A stretch of 32,000 nt of DNA, taken from Mycoplasmoides pneumoniae FH (lineage in GTDB: Bacteria > Bacillota_I > Bacilli_A > Mycoplasmatales > Mycoplasmoidaceae). Below the pieces are notes generated by a model. It was not told the origin of the DNA. It saw nothing but the letters and a program-made list of their open reading frames with translations, and did not search any database. The stretch is taken from the NCBI RefSeq assembly GCF_001272835.1, contig NZ_CP010546.1:632809-664808 (forward strand). Direction: 5' to 3'. Positions 1-9,962 of this stretch are shown in pieces (the first letter of the stretch is position 1; each line of letters opens with the position of its first letter). The translations under genes were made by a program, and so were the position numbers.

Positions 1-245
1 GGCAAATACTTATACCTCTAAATCTTTTGAACAGATTTCTATTAATCTATATGCTTGAGAAAGATATGGATAGGGTCTCAAGAAAAGAACATCTGAATAA
101 TAAAGCTTTGAAGTTTTAAACTTCTTAAACCCTATATTCATTTTTTTCAGAAACTCTTTCCAAATTCTTTTCTTAACCACTTTATTTTTAGTGCTTCAGA
201 TATCACAAATAAAGCTAATACGCTTTCAAAGTTAATGCTTTTAGT

Positions 246-1292
246 TTACTTTTCAATAAAGAAACAAGACTCGTATTGCTTGATGTCACCTATTAGAGTA
301 TTAGTGCTTACGGTGGTTAAACCAACGTTTTGATCTTTATTGGCCTCTAATAAACAGATGCAATTATTGTCATAGTTGTAACCCTTCATTACTTCAACAA
401 TAAAATAGGCATCTTGTTTAATCACAATTGCATTAACTTGTAAAGTGCTAGCTTCTTGGGCAAACACTTGCAAGTTTTCAAAATACAGCAATAATTGTCC
501 CGCAAAGTTAATAAAGGCTTGCTTTCAAATGGTATTGTTATCTATTTGTAAGTGGTGCTTAATACTCTCCAAGTTTTTGAGTAAATACTTGTGTGGTACG
601 TTGAAGTGCACATCAATGTCTAAGTTATTTTCAGTATTAAAGCGTTCTTTGAAACTGGTAAAGCTCAGGTCAAAACTGTTACTGTTAGCCATAGAAGTGC
701 CAAAAGCAAACTGTGAATTTAACTCGACAAAGAAAAGGTTATTCTTTGTTTTTTGCTTGCGCTTTTGGTGGTTCCAAGTATTAAAAAACTTCTTTTCAAA
801 GTTTTTGCGGCAATAACGTTTGTACTGATAACCGTGCTTTTTAATGATTTTAACGATTTCATAAGAAAGCTTTGTTCGCTTATTTTCAAACGGAGAATTA
901 ACTAGTAAAACCACTAATTTCAGCCCGGAAAACTGTTTAACTGCTTCTAACAGCTTTTTAATTTCTGTTTCTGTTTGTTTGGTTTTTTCGACCAACATAA
1001 ACACTGTTTCCGCTTCTTTATGTAACCTAATCGCTAAACCAAAACCACTTAATAAGTTATTGTCAAAACTTAAAAAGCGAAAGTGATCAAAGAAAACGTG
1101 TTGGTAAACTGTTTGACTCGCTGATGGTACTAATAAGTATTTAATCTGATTCGACTTAACTAGGTGATTGACAAAATCTAAGTATTCTAAAGCGGAAAGT
1201 AATCCCACTTTATTGGTGTTTTGAAAGCAATCGTAAGCTAAAAGTCTTTGCTCATTCACCAAGGTTTGCTCGTTAATGGTTGTTTGTGCCAT
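246..1292 (-). CDS. hypothetical protein, 348 aa
   Basis: Track ORFs 525..1292 and 246..491 share a frame. The stop at 525..527 is TGA, and I read the 33 nt between them with no TAA/TAG. ATG at 1290..1292, TAA at 246..248. No family motif recognised. Confidence 0.75.
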
Positions 1293-1294
1293 AC

Positions 1295-2113
1295 CTAGTA
1301 AATTTTACCTAGTTTATTATGCTTCAAAATATCGTGCATTGCTTTACAGAAACTTTCATGCTTGCTGTTAAACATTTGGTGTTGACTGTGTAAGATAACC
1401 CCTGATTGCAAGTTACCTTTCTTAATCAAAAAGCGGTTAAAGTAGTTTAAAGTAGCTTTTGTAGGCATAAAATCATCATGTTGAGCCAACAGTAAAAAGG
1501 CTGGTATGGTAATAGTTTTATAAGCACTGTTTAAGCGCGACAATTCCTTAAAGATCTGAAAGGTGAGTTTTTTGCACATAGCAGTATGCTTGTCTAACTC
1601 CATTTGTCACTGTCCATCGTTTTGTAAATCAGGAAACTTTGGTTGAAACATCCGCTTAAAGTAAGACAGCTTTTCGTCCTTCTTTTTAAAAGCCTTTTTA
1701 ATCTTGTAGTAATTCAACAAGTTGGAATAAGACAGTGGCGCTAAGAGCACTAGTTTTTCCACTCGTTGTGGTTTTAAAAACTGCAATGCATAACTAGCCA
1801 CTGCCCCACCCATGCTGTGTCCTATTAAAACAATGTTTTCTAAATCTTGCTTTTCAATTCAAGCTACCAATAAATGGGCATAGTGAATAGGTGACAATTC
1901 CTTGTCAGTAAAACCATGGTGGTTATGACCCGGTCACAAGGGTGCGTAATAGTCATAATCCACCAGCGTTTCAGAAAAGCTCTTAAAATAAGAATGGTGC
2001 ACTGAAAAACCGTGCGCAAACACAATAGTTTGTTTAGCGGGTTTTTTAGCTGGTTGAAAAAATACTTCTAGTTGGCTAATATCAACAGTATTAATATTGA
2101 CTTTGTCTCTCAC
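1295..2113 (-). CDS. alpha/beta-hydrolase fold esterase/lipase, 272 aa
   Basis: Track ORFs 1295..1603 and 1607..1813 join to untracked upstream sequence through TGA codons at 1607, 1859 and 1934. The joined protein has FAHGFSVH (oxyanion HG), the GHSMGG nucleophile elbow, and later HDD and SQH candidates for the acid and His. Only a GTG start at 2111..2113 is available, because TAA lies at 2123..2125 upstream. TAG stop at 1295..1297. Confidence 0.8.
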
Positions 2114-2115
2114 AA

Positions 2116-4815
<2,700 letters not shown>

Positions 4816-4857
4816 TAAGCATAGTAATTTTATTAATATTTAACTAACTTCTATCTG

Positions 4858-5358
4858 ATGTATAAATCAGCGATTAATATCGTCTTATTTTGCCCAGAAA
4901 TTCCTAATAACACTGGGAACATTGTTCGGAGCTGTACCGCTTTTAAAGCTAACTTGCATCTGATTAAGCCCTATGGCTTTTTTCTCAATGATAAGCGGAT
5001 GGTGCGTGCTGGGTTAAATTGTTGGGATAAGGTGCAAATGTTTGAACACAAATCCTGGGAACACTTCATTGAAACAACACCACCAAATAAAGCAATTTGG
5101 TTGTTGACAAAGAGTGGTACTACTACCCCAGACCAAATTAACATGCAAACAGATAACAGGGAACAACTGTACTTTGTTTTTGGTCAAGAAACCAAGGGAT
5201 TACCGCAAACACTCATGGAACAATACTCGCAGAACCAGGTACGGATTCCAATTTGAAACCCTGTAAGAAGCATTAACTTGTCCAATACAGTAGCTTGTGT
5301 ACTGTATGAGTATGCTAAACAAAATCATTACTTTAATTTAGATAAACAGTGCGCTTAA
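4858..5358 (+). CDS. trmL: SpoU/TrmL-type tRNA 2'-O-ribose methyltransferase, 166 aa
   Basis: Track ORF 4858..5256 ends in TGA. Read-through gives ...RIPIWNPVRSINLSNTVACVLYEY..., a typical SPOUT C-terminal knot region, and N-terminal IPNNTGNIVRSC. TAA at 5356..5358. Confidence 0.85.
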
Positions 5359-5981
5359 GAAAAGTTAAAGATGCTCTTGTAAGGGTACAAGACAGCCCTT
5401 ACTTTAGTAACCCAGAACAACTGTCAACTATTGAAAGTGAATCGCTCTTCGTGGAAATAGGTTGTGGTAAAAGTTGGTTTTTAAGCCAGCAAGCACAGCA
5501 AAACCCAAAGTGTTTTTTTGTGGGAATCGAGCGTGAACCCACGATTGTTTTAAAGGCAATTAATAAGGTAAACCGCTTAGAGGTTAAACCACGTAATTTA
5601 TTAATAACGTGTTTGGATGCCAACCAGCTAACAGAGTACTTAAAACCACAATCGATTAGCAAAATCTTCATTAACTTCCCCGATCCTTGACCAAAAAAGC
5701 GTCACACGTTGAGGCGACTAACTGCTCCACATTTCCTCAAGCAGTTTCACCAACTTTTAAAAAAGCAAGGTTTAATAGAATTCAAAACGGACAACGATCA
5801 GTTGTTTGAATTTACCTTAGAAGTCTTGCAGAAAACAGTAGCTCACTTTAAGATAATTGAGCAAACGACAGATCTGCACAATTCACCTTTGGCTAGTACC
5901 AATATTATGACCGAATACGAACAGCGCTTTGTTAGTTTAGGGGTTAAGATTAAAAAGCTAACGCTTGAAAAACTAAATTAG
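5349..5981 (+). CDS. trmB: tRNA (guanine-N7)-methyltransferase, 210 aa
   Basis: ORFs 5349..5690 and 5709..5981 are in one frame. The TGA at 5688..5690 sits inside the TrmB hallmark FPDPWPKKRH. SAM motif VEIGCGKSWF is present. GTG start at 5349 overlaps the trmL end by 10 nt. Confidence 0.9.
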
Positions 5982-6009
5982 TAAAAATTAGAATAATTAC
6001 TGCCTTAAT

Positions 6010-6086
6010 GGCGATTGTGGCGAAGTGGTTAACGCACCTGATTGTGGATCAGGCATTCGTGGGTTCAATTCCCATCAGTCGCCCCA
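6010..6086 (+). tRNA. tRNA-His (anticodon GTG), CCA encoded
   Basis: Hand-folded cloverleaf: acceptor GCGATTG/CAGTCGC, anticodon arm CCTGA-TTGTGGA-TCAGG, T arm GTGGG-TTCAATT-CCCAT. The extra G(-1) at 6010 opposite discriminator C is typical of tRNA-His. Confidence 0.9.
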
Positions 6087-6097
6087 TTAAACATACA

Positions 6098-6127
6098 AGC
6101 AGCAGATTAAACTGCTGCTTTTTTTAT
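6098..6127. terminator. intrinsic terminator hairpin between tRNA-His (+) and the lipoprotein gene (-)
   Basis: AAGCAGCAG-attaaa-CTGCTGCTT followed by a T run on the + strand. An A run precedes it, so it could act in both directions. Confidence 0.6.
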
Positions 6128-6135
6128 TTAGATAA

Positions 6136-7053
6136 CTAGTTTAAGGGTGTGTAAACACTATCCAAGAAATTGAGAAAGTTAATGCTTACCTGCACGGCAT
6201 GGCGTTTAACGCCAAATGATCCAGCTGAATAGGATTTTTTAGCGGCGGCTGCAGCAGAAGCTGCTGGAGTTGTTGAACCGTTATTTCCACTGTCCTGATT
6301 TGGTTGGTTTGAACCTGGTGCATTACTGCCGTTACTGTTATCAGGATTATAGAAATGCGCACTAATTTGATCTAAATTGTTTTTGCGAAAAGCAATCACA
6401 ATTGCTTTAGTTACATCAGTGCCAACCGTTTGGGCATGAACATTGGACTGGTTAATAAGATTATTGACACTACCGCTGTAAACTGTTTGAATAAAAGTCA
6501 CAATTTCGCGGTATTGAATGGCAGATTCGTCGTTTCTTCTTAATTTGTCGGAATTGTCCTTATCAGTTTGCTTAGCTAATTCGTTATCACTAGCGATAAC
6601 TGGATAACGTGCAAACGGATTCCACTTAACAGGGTTAGGATCAATGTCATTCCAAATTAAAAACTTAACTCCTTTAGGGTAAGTTGAATAACGGTTTTGA
6701 ACCTGCTTAACGGTAGTACCTAGATCACCAGCTCAATTTTCGGTACTAACAGCTTGATTGTTTGAACCATTTAGAAAGTTAATTTGAGAACTGTCAGTTT
6801 CAGTGGTTACTACAAGAACGTAGTTACCATCATTGTATTCCGCTGTTCCAAAAACTAAGTTTCTAACCGTTTTATTTTCTTTAGGTAGCTTACTGTAATC
6901 AACTTTGTTTTCTACGCTTTGCTGTGAAAGAGTGCGAAAAACATTTGGTTTATCAATATTGCTACAGGAACTCAAAACAATTCCTGAACCTAACAAGAGT
7001 AAGGTTGAAAAAGATACTTTCTTTTTAGAAATTGAACTAAACCACTTCTTCAT
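6136..7053 (-). CDS. lipoprotein, 305 aa
   Basis: ORFs 6733..7053 and 6136..6501 are in frame. I translated 6502..6732 and found only one TGA (6733..6735) and no TAA/TAG. N-terminus is MKKWFSSISKKKVSFSTLLLLGSGIVLSSC, a signal peptide with a lipobox Cys. TAG at 6136..6138. Confidence 0.85.
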
Positions 7054-7067
7054 TCAAATACTAGTAT

Positions 7068-7153
7068 TGGTGTCGGAGACCAGACTTGAACTGGCACAGT
7101 CTTGCGACCACAAGCCCCTCAAGCTTGCGTGTCTACCATTCCACCACTCCGAC
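7068..7153 (-). tRNA. tRNA-Leu (anticodon GAG), type II long variable arm, CCA encoded
   Basis: The reverse complement folds as GTCGGAG..CAAGC-TTGAGGG-GCTTG..variable arm..GCCAG-TTCAAGT-CTGGT-CTCCGAC-A-CCA. Confidence 0.9.
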
Positions 7154-7161
7154 GCTGGCGT

Positions 7162-7167
7162 CTTATA
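7162..7167 (-). promoter_or_regulatory. candidate -10 box (TATAAG) for tRNA-Leu(GAG)
   Basis: The reverse complement of cttata lies about 9-14 nt upstream of the tRNA 5' end at 7153. Hexamer match only. Confidence 0.3.
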
Positions 7168-7244
7168 AATTATTAATAGATTTTAAAAATCCATAAACTC
7201 TTGATAAGGAAATTTTGCATTTTCTCAACTTTGTGCTTTGTAAA

Positions 7245-7475
7245 TTAATCTATAAAACACAATCTTTTCATCACTTTGACGCTTTTTAAAACCCAACTCA
7301 ATTTATTTAGTGGGGGCAGGAAAACGAAAATTTTGTGTTGAAGGCCTGATTTTCTGTTCCCAAAAAATGCGTATTTTATTTTTTCATTGTTTTCTAAATT
7401 ACTTATCGTAAAGGCTTTCAGCACAATTGATGTATCTCTTTTTTTAAAAGAATAAAGGTCATATATTCCTTTCAT
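7245..7475 (-). CDS. small hypothetical ORF, 76 aa; possibly a gene remnant
   Basis: ATG at 7473..7475, TAA at 7245..7247. No recognisable motif. It overlaps the left inverted-repeat copy, and two +-oriented terminators lie just to its right, so the expressed strand is unclear. Confidence 0.3.
   Translation of the reverse strand: MKGIYDLYSFKKRDTSIVLKAFTISNLENNEKIKYAFFGNRKSGLQHKIFVFLPPLNKLSWVLKSVKVMKRLCFID
7274..7318 (+). repeat. left arm of an imperfect inverted repeat flanking the DUF16 gene
   Basis: The core ACTCAATTTATTTAGTGG at 7296..7313 is the exact reverse complement of 8252..8269. By-eye alignment suggests roughly 70-80% identity over about 20-25 nt further on the 5' side. Confidence 0.6.
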
Positions 7476-7526
7476 TCAAATCACTAAAAGTTACAACTTG
7501 CTGTTAATTTCAAAATTGTCAAAAAG

Positions 7527-7563
7527 CCGTCTGTTTTTTTCACCTTGGGCAGATGGTTTTTTT
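7527..7563. terminator. hairpin with flanking A and T runs (outer of two tandem terminators)
   Basis: CCGTCTG (7527..7533) pairs with CAGATGG (7550..7556, one G-U). T7 follows on the + strand; AAAAA precedes, giving CTTTTT on the - strand. Confidence 0.45.
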
Positions 7564-7586
7564 ATTTGTGTGAATTAAATAAAAAT

Positions 7587-7627
7587 ACCAACAGCACCAC
7601 ATCTTTAGGTTTCACTGTTGGTTTTTT
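7587..7627. terminator. hairpin terminator immediately downstream of the DUF16 stop codon
   Basis: ACCAACAG (7587..7594) pairs with CTGTTGGT (7615..7622). T run on + (7622..7627); on the - strand the hairpin is followed by TATTTTTATTT. It lies 16 nt from the DUF16 stop. Confidence 0.55.
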
Positions 7628-7642
7628 ATTTCTGAGCCTTGA

Positions 7643-8128
7643 TTATTTGGACTCAAGTTTGTCTATTCTTTTTTCCATTTTGTCCATTTTTACTTCCATC
7701 TTGTCCATTCTATTTTCTATTTTGTCTATTTTTCCTTCCATCTTGTCCATTTTTACTTCCATATTGTCCAAGCGATCGCTCATCTTTTGCAGCGTTTGCA
7801 AGATTAGCTTTAAGGTTTCGCCCTGAGCTTTTTGCTCGATTTGAAGTTCTTTAATTTGCTCACCCTGGATTCTTATTTGCTCACCTTGGGCCGCCAAAGT
7901 GGTTTCAATCTTTATGAGTCGCTGATTGTTAGAATCTTTATATTCCTGAAATTGTTCTTGGGTAACGTATTTAACTTTCACAGGTGGTTTAAGTTTATAT
8001 TTTCGCAATTCATAAGTTCAAACTCCAACTGTGCCATCACCGTACTCTTCTTTTTCACCATCAAAGTGTTCTTTTCCAATTTTACGGATTAAGGCTTTGT
8101 ATTCCTTTTCGGAAATTTTTTCTTTCAT
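7643..8128 (-). CDS. DUF16/UPF0134-family coiled-coil protein, 161 aa
   Basis: Track ORF 7643..8008 extends upstream through TGA (8018..8020) to ATG 8126..8128, preceded by AGGAGG (rc of 8138..8143). The protein reads [91 protein letters not shown]...[21 protein letters not shown]. It matches my memory of the M. pneumoniae UPF0134 family. Confidence 0.85.
7659..7784. repeat. six in-frame tandem units of exactly 21 bp (heptad-coding) in the DUF16 3' half
   Basis: TTGTC[CT]A recurs at 7659, 7680, 7701, 7722, 7743 and 7764. The 20-mer TTGTCCATTTTTACTTCCAT is identical at 7680 and 7743, 63 bp apart. Confidence 0.9.
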
Positions 8129-8241
8129 TAAGTAATACCTCCTTTCTTTTTACAGAGGTTGAGAAAACTACTACTTGCAGCAGTGCTGCCAACTAAGTTC
8201 AGCTGTTTTGCTGATTTAATCAATTTGTTTATTAAAGGCAT
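8128..8241 (-). CDS. candidate upstream small ORF, 37 aa, translationally coupled to the DUF16 gene
   Basis: GGAGGA (rc of 8248..8253), a 6-nt spacer, then ATG 8239..8241. It encodes [37 protein letters not shown]. Its TAA (8128..8130) overlaps the DUF16 ATG as TAATG. No homology recognised. Confidence 0.25.
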   Translation of the reverse strand: MPLINKLIKSAKQLNLVGSTAASSSFLNLCKKKGGIT

Positions 8242-8246
8242 TTTTT

Positions 8247-8292
8247 GTCCTCCACTAAATAAATTGAGTAGGTTATTTAGAAGTGTCAAGAA
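8247..8292 (-). repeat. right arm of the inverted repeat flanking the DUF16 gene
   Basis: 8252..8269 (CCACTAAATAAATTGAGT) is the reverse complement of 7296..7313. The extended arm includes TTGACA on the - strand and the uORF Shine-Dalgarno. Confidence 0.6.
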
Positions 8293-8693
8293 AACAACAA
8301 ATTTTGAAATAGACTAAATACCTTTGCTAATTCTTAACAGTAAGAGAAAAGAAGCCTTGTTTAGTTACTAGCTATCTATTGCCATTAGGACAACAGAAAC
8401 AGTTTGCTTGCATTTAAAGGATTTAAATCTCTAATAAATTACTTATCAATGACACTGAAAAACATAGCTTTTTTGTTTTTATTACCCTTACTTTTTCCAA
8501 AAATTCCACCTTTTTTCTACCTCAATTTTCAAACCATCTGAAAAATAAAAAGTTATTAACAAAATGTTGATAAAGACCTAATTTAGTGCATTTTTGTGCC
8601 TTTTTAGTGTTAATAACTTGTTTAAAACTGCTTCTAAGTTCTTTTTGGTAACTATCAGACTAAGCCAGATTAGCAAAAAATGTTTACGAGCCT

Positions 8694-8699
8694 TATACT
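8694..8699 (+). promoter_or_regulatory. candidate -10 box (TATACT) for the DnaB/DnaD-like gene
   Basis: The hexamer lies 21 nt upstream of ATG 8721. Match only. Confidence 0.3.
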
Positions 8700-8720
8700 G
8701 ATTAGCGTCTTTGCAGTTTT

Positions 8721-9962
8721 ATGCAGCCGAACTATTACCGTGTCATCAAGAAAGCAACCTCATTTTCAGGGTTAGATATGATCTCTCATGCCTATGGTCA
8801 GATTGCTGGCGTTGAAGTTGTGGGTTTTTATTTATGACTAATTACTGAAGCCAATGCTCAAGCCTTTAACAGTGAAATTAGAACGCCTATTTCACGTCTA
8901 CAAAACGCTTTCAATACTACTGGTACCAAAAACGTTAATGTACCTGATTGAATCTATAAAACCATTGGTAAATTAGAAAGCTTAGGTTTGGTGCGTACCT
9001 TCTTTTCACAGGAAAAATCAGAAATGACTTTTTGAATAGTCGAACCATTAGGTTGAAAAGAGTTTAACCAAAAGAAGCACTTTAAAGAAAAGCTAATTGA
9101 ATCAATGGGAAAACTGGAATATGACCGCAGCTGCCTTTCCTTTGAACAAATCGATAACATTCAGTTTGACAACGCACTGGAAATTACCGCTAACTTTGAA
9201 GCTAACTTTACCAGTAAGCAAGATTGTCTTAGCTTTAGTTTTGACTTTGAAGCTTTTCATAAACAATTAGTTAAACAAAATCTCTTTGTTAGTTTTAACC
9301 AGAAAACTAAGGCTGTTATTAATGGTTACTTTGAAAAATACCAAATAACACTAGAAGGCATATTGGAATGTGTTATCCCTAGTGTAGTTAATGATGAAGT
9401 TGACTTGGAACTGCTACAAAAATTACTAGAGCAGCTAGTTAAAAACAACACAGCTCCAATTGTTGATACTGTAATAAATGACCGCAACTTCTTTTATGAT
9501 AATCAGAATTTAGCCACAGAAACAAAAGATGCAATTTCCCGTTGTCATTTGGAATACAACGCGGAAAAATACCTATTTCTCTTGTACGGTAAAGTAGAAA
9601 ACGAGCAGTTAGATCTAATTCGCCGCTTAAGACAAGAGTTTGGAATAGCTGATAAGGTAATTAATCTAATAGTAGACTTCTCCTTTTGGAAAAACAACAG
9701 CATGTGACGCGAACAATACATCTTAAAGATTGCTGAATCAGTAGAGCGTTACCGTAGTCATAATAATTACCAAGCCACCCTTGATAACTTTATCCGTGCT
9801 TCTAGTTTAGCCAAAAAGCAACGTACCAAAACTAAGATAGAAAAATCCGAGCCTGAAACTAGTGCTGCACCAGTAAATGAAACTGATGACGTCAATTACT
9901 TTTTAAACCGTATTAAAGCAATCAACAAGAAGAACAGGGAAAATGGAAAACACAAACGCTAA
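8721..9962 (+). CDS. replication initiation/membrane attachment protein, B. subtilis DnaB/DnaD-like, 413 aa
   Basis: I traced the frame of track ORF 9105..9707 upstream through TGAs at 8835, 8949, 9033 and 9054 to ATG 8721 (TAG at 8703), and downstream through TGA 9705 to TAA 9960..9962. The N-terminus ([21 protein letters not shown]) resembles the DnaB/DnaD N-terminal winged helix. [29 protein letters not shown] resembles the DnaD-like DDBH2 YxxxIxxxW region. Confidence 0.6.

Noticed and set aside
3-141. Window start: a + strand frame open from the edge to TAA at 116..118, another ending at TAG 71..73, and a 43-codon - strand ORF (10..141).
   Set aside because: None has a recognisable motif. 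I cannot tell whether an upstream + strand gene ends here. No - strand frame stays open to position 1. Left uncalled.
4816-4857. Looked for a T-box leader upstream of ileS, as in many Firmicutes.
   Set aside because: Only 42 nt separate the divergent ileS and trmL start codons, which is too short for a T-box riboswitch.
5399-5671. 90-aa ORF antisense to trmB.
   Set aside because: It lies entirely within a motif-supported CDS on the other strand, so it is a shadow ORF.
6905-7168. 87-aa + strand ORF.
   Set aside because: It runs antisense across the lipoprotein signal peptide and straight through tRNA-Leu(GAG), so it is an artefact.
7659-7784. Regular short repeats that could suggest a CRISPR array.
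   Set aside because: The units are contiguous with no spacers, only 21 bp long, in frame and heptad-coding within a CDS. No cas genes are present.
7545-7854. Two + strand ORFs with striking repetitive hydrophobic peptides ([10 protein letters not shown]..., [10 protein letters not shown]...).
   Set aside because: They are the antisense reading of the 21-bp DUF16 repeat array, so the periodicity is inherited. They also begin inside the terminator hairpins.
7832-8092. 86-aa + strand ORF.
   Set aside because: It is antisense to the N-terminal half of the DUF16 gene, so it is a shadow ORF.
8551-8619. 11-bp inverted repeat AAGTTATTAAC / GTTAATAACTT separated by 48 nt, plus recurring TTTAGTG heptamers (7306, 8582, 8603, and rc at 8253).
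   Set aside because: These are AT-rich near-palindromes of a length expected by chance in this composition. No associated function is evident. Worth revisiting only if a dot-plot or TSS data point here.
8680-8775. 31-codon + strand ORF with a lipobox-like start ([16 protein letters not shown]...).
   Set aside because: It is out of frame with, and overlaps, the well-supported start of the DnaB/DnaD-like gene. It is too short to support.
8954-9160. 68-aa - strand ORF.
   Set aside because: It is antisense to the DnaB/DnaD-like CDS.
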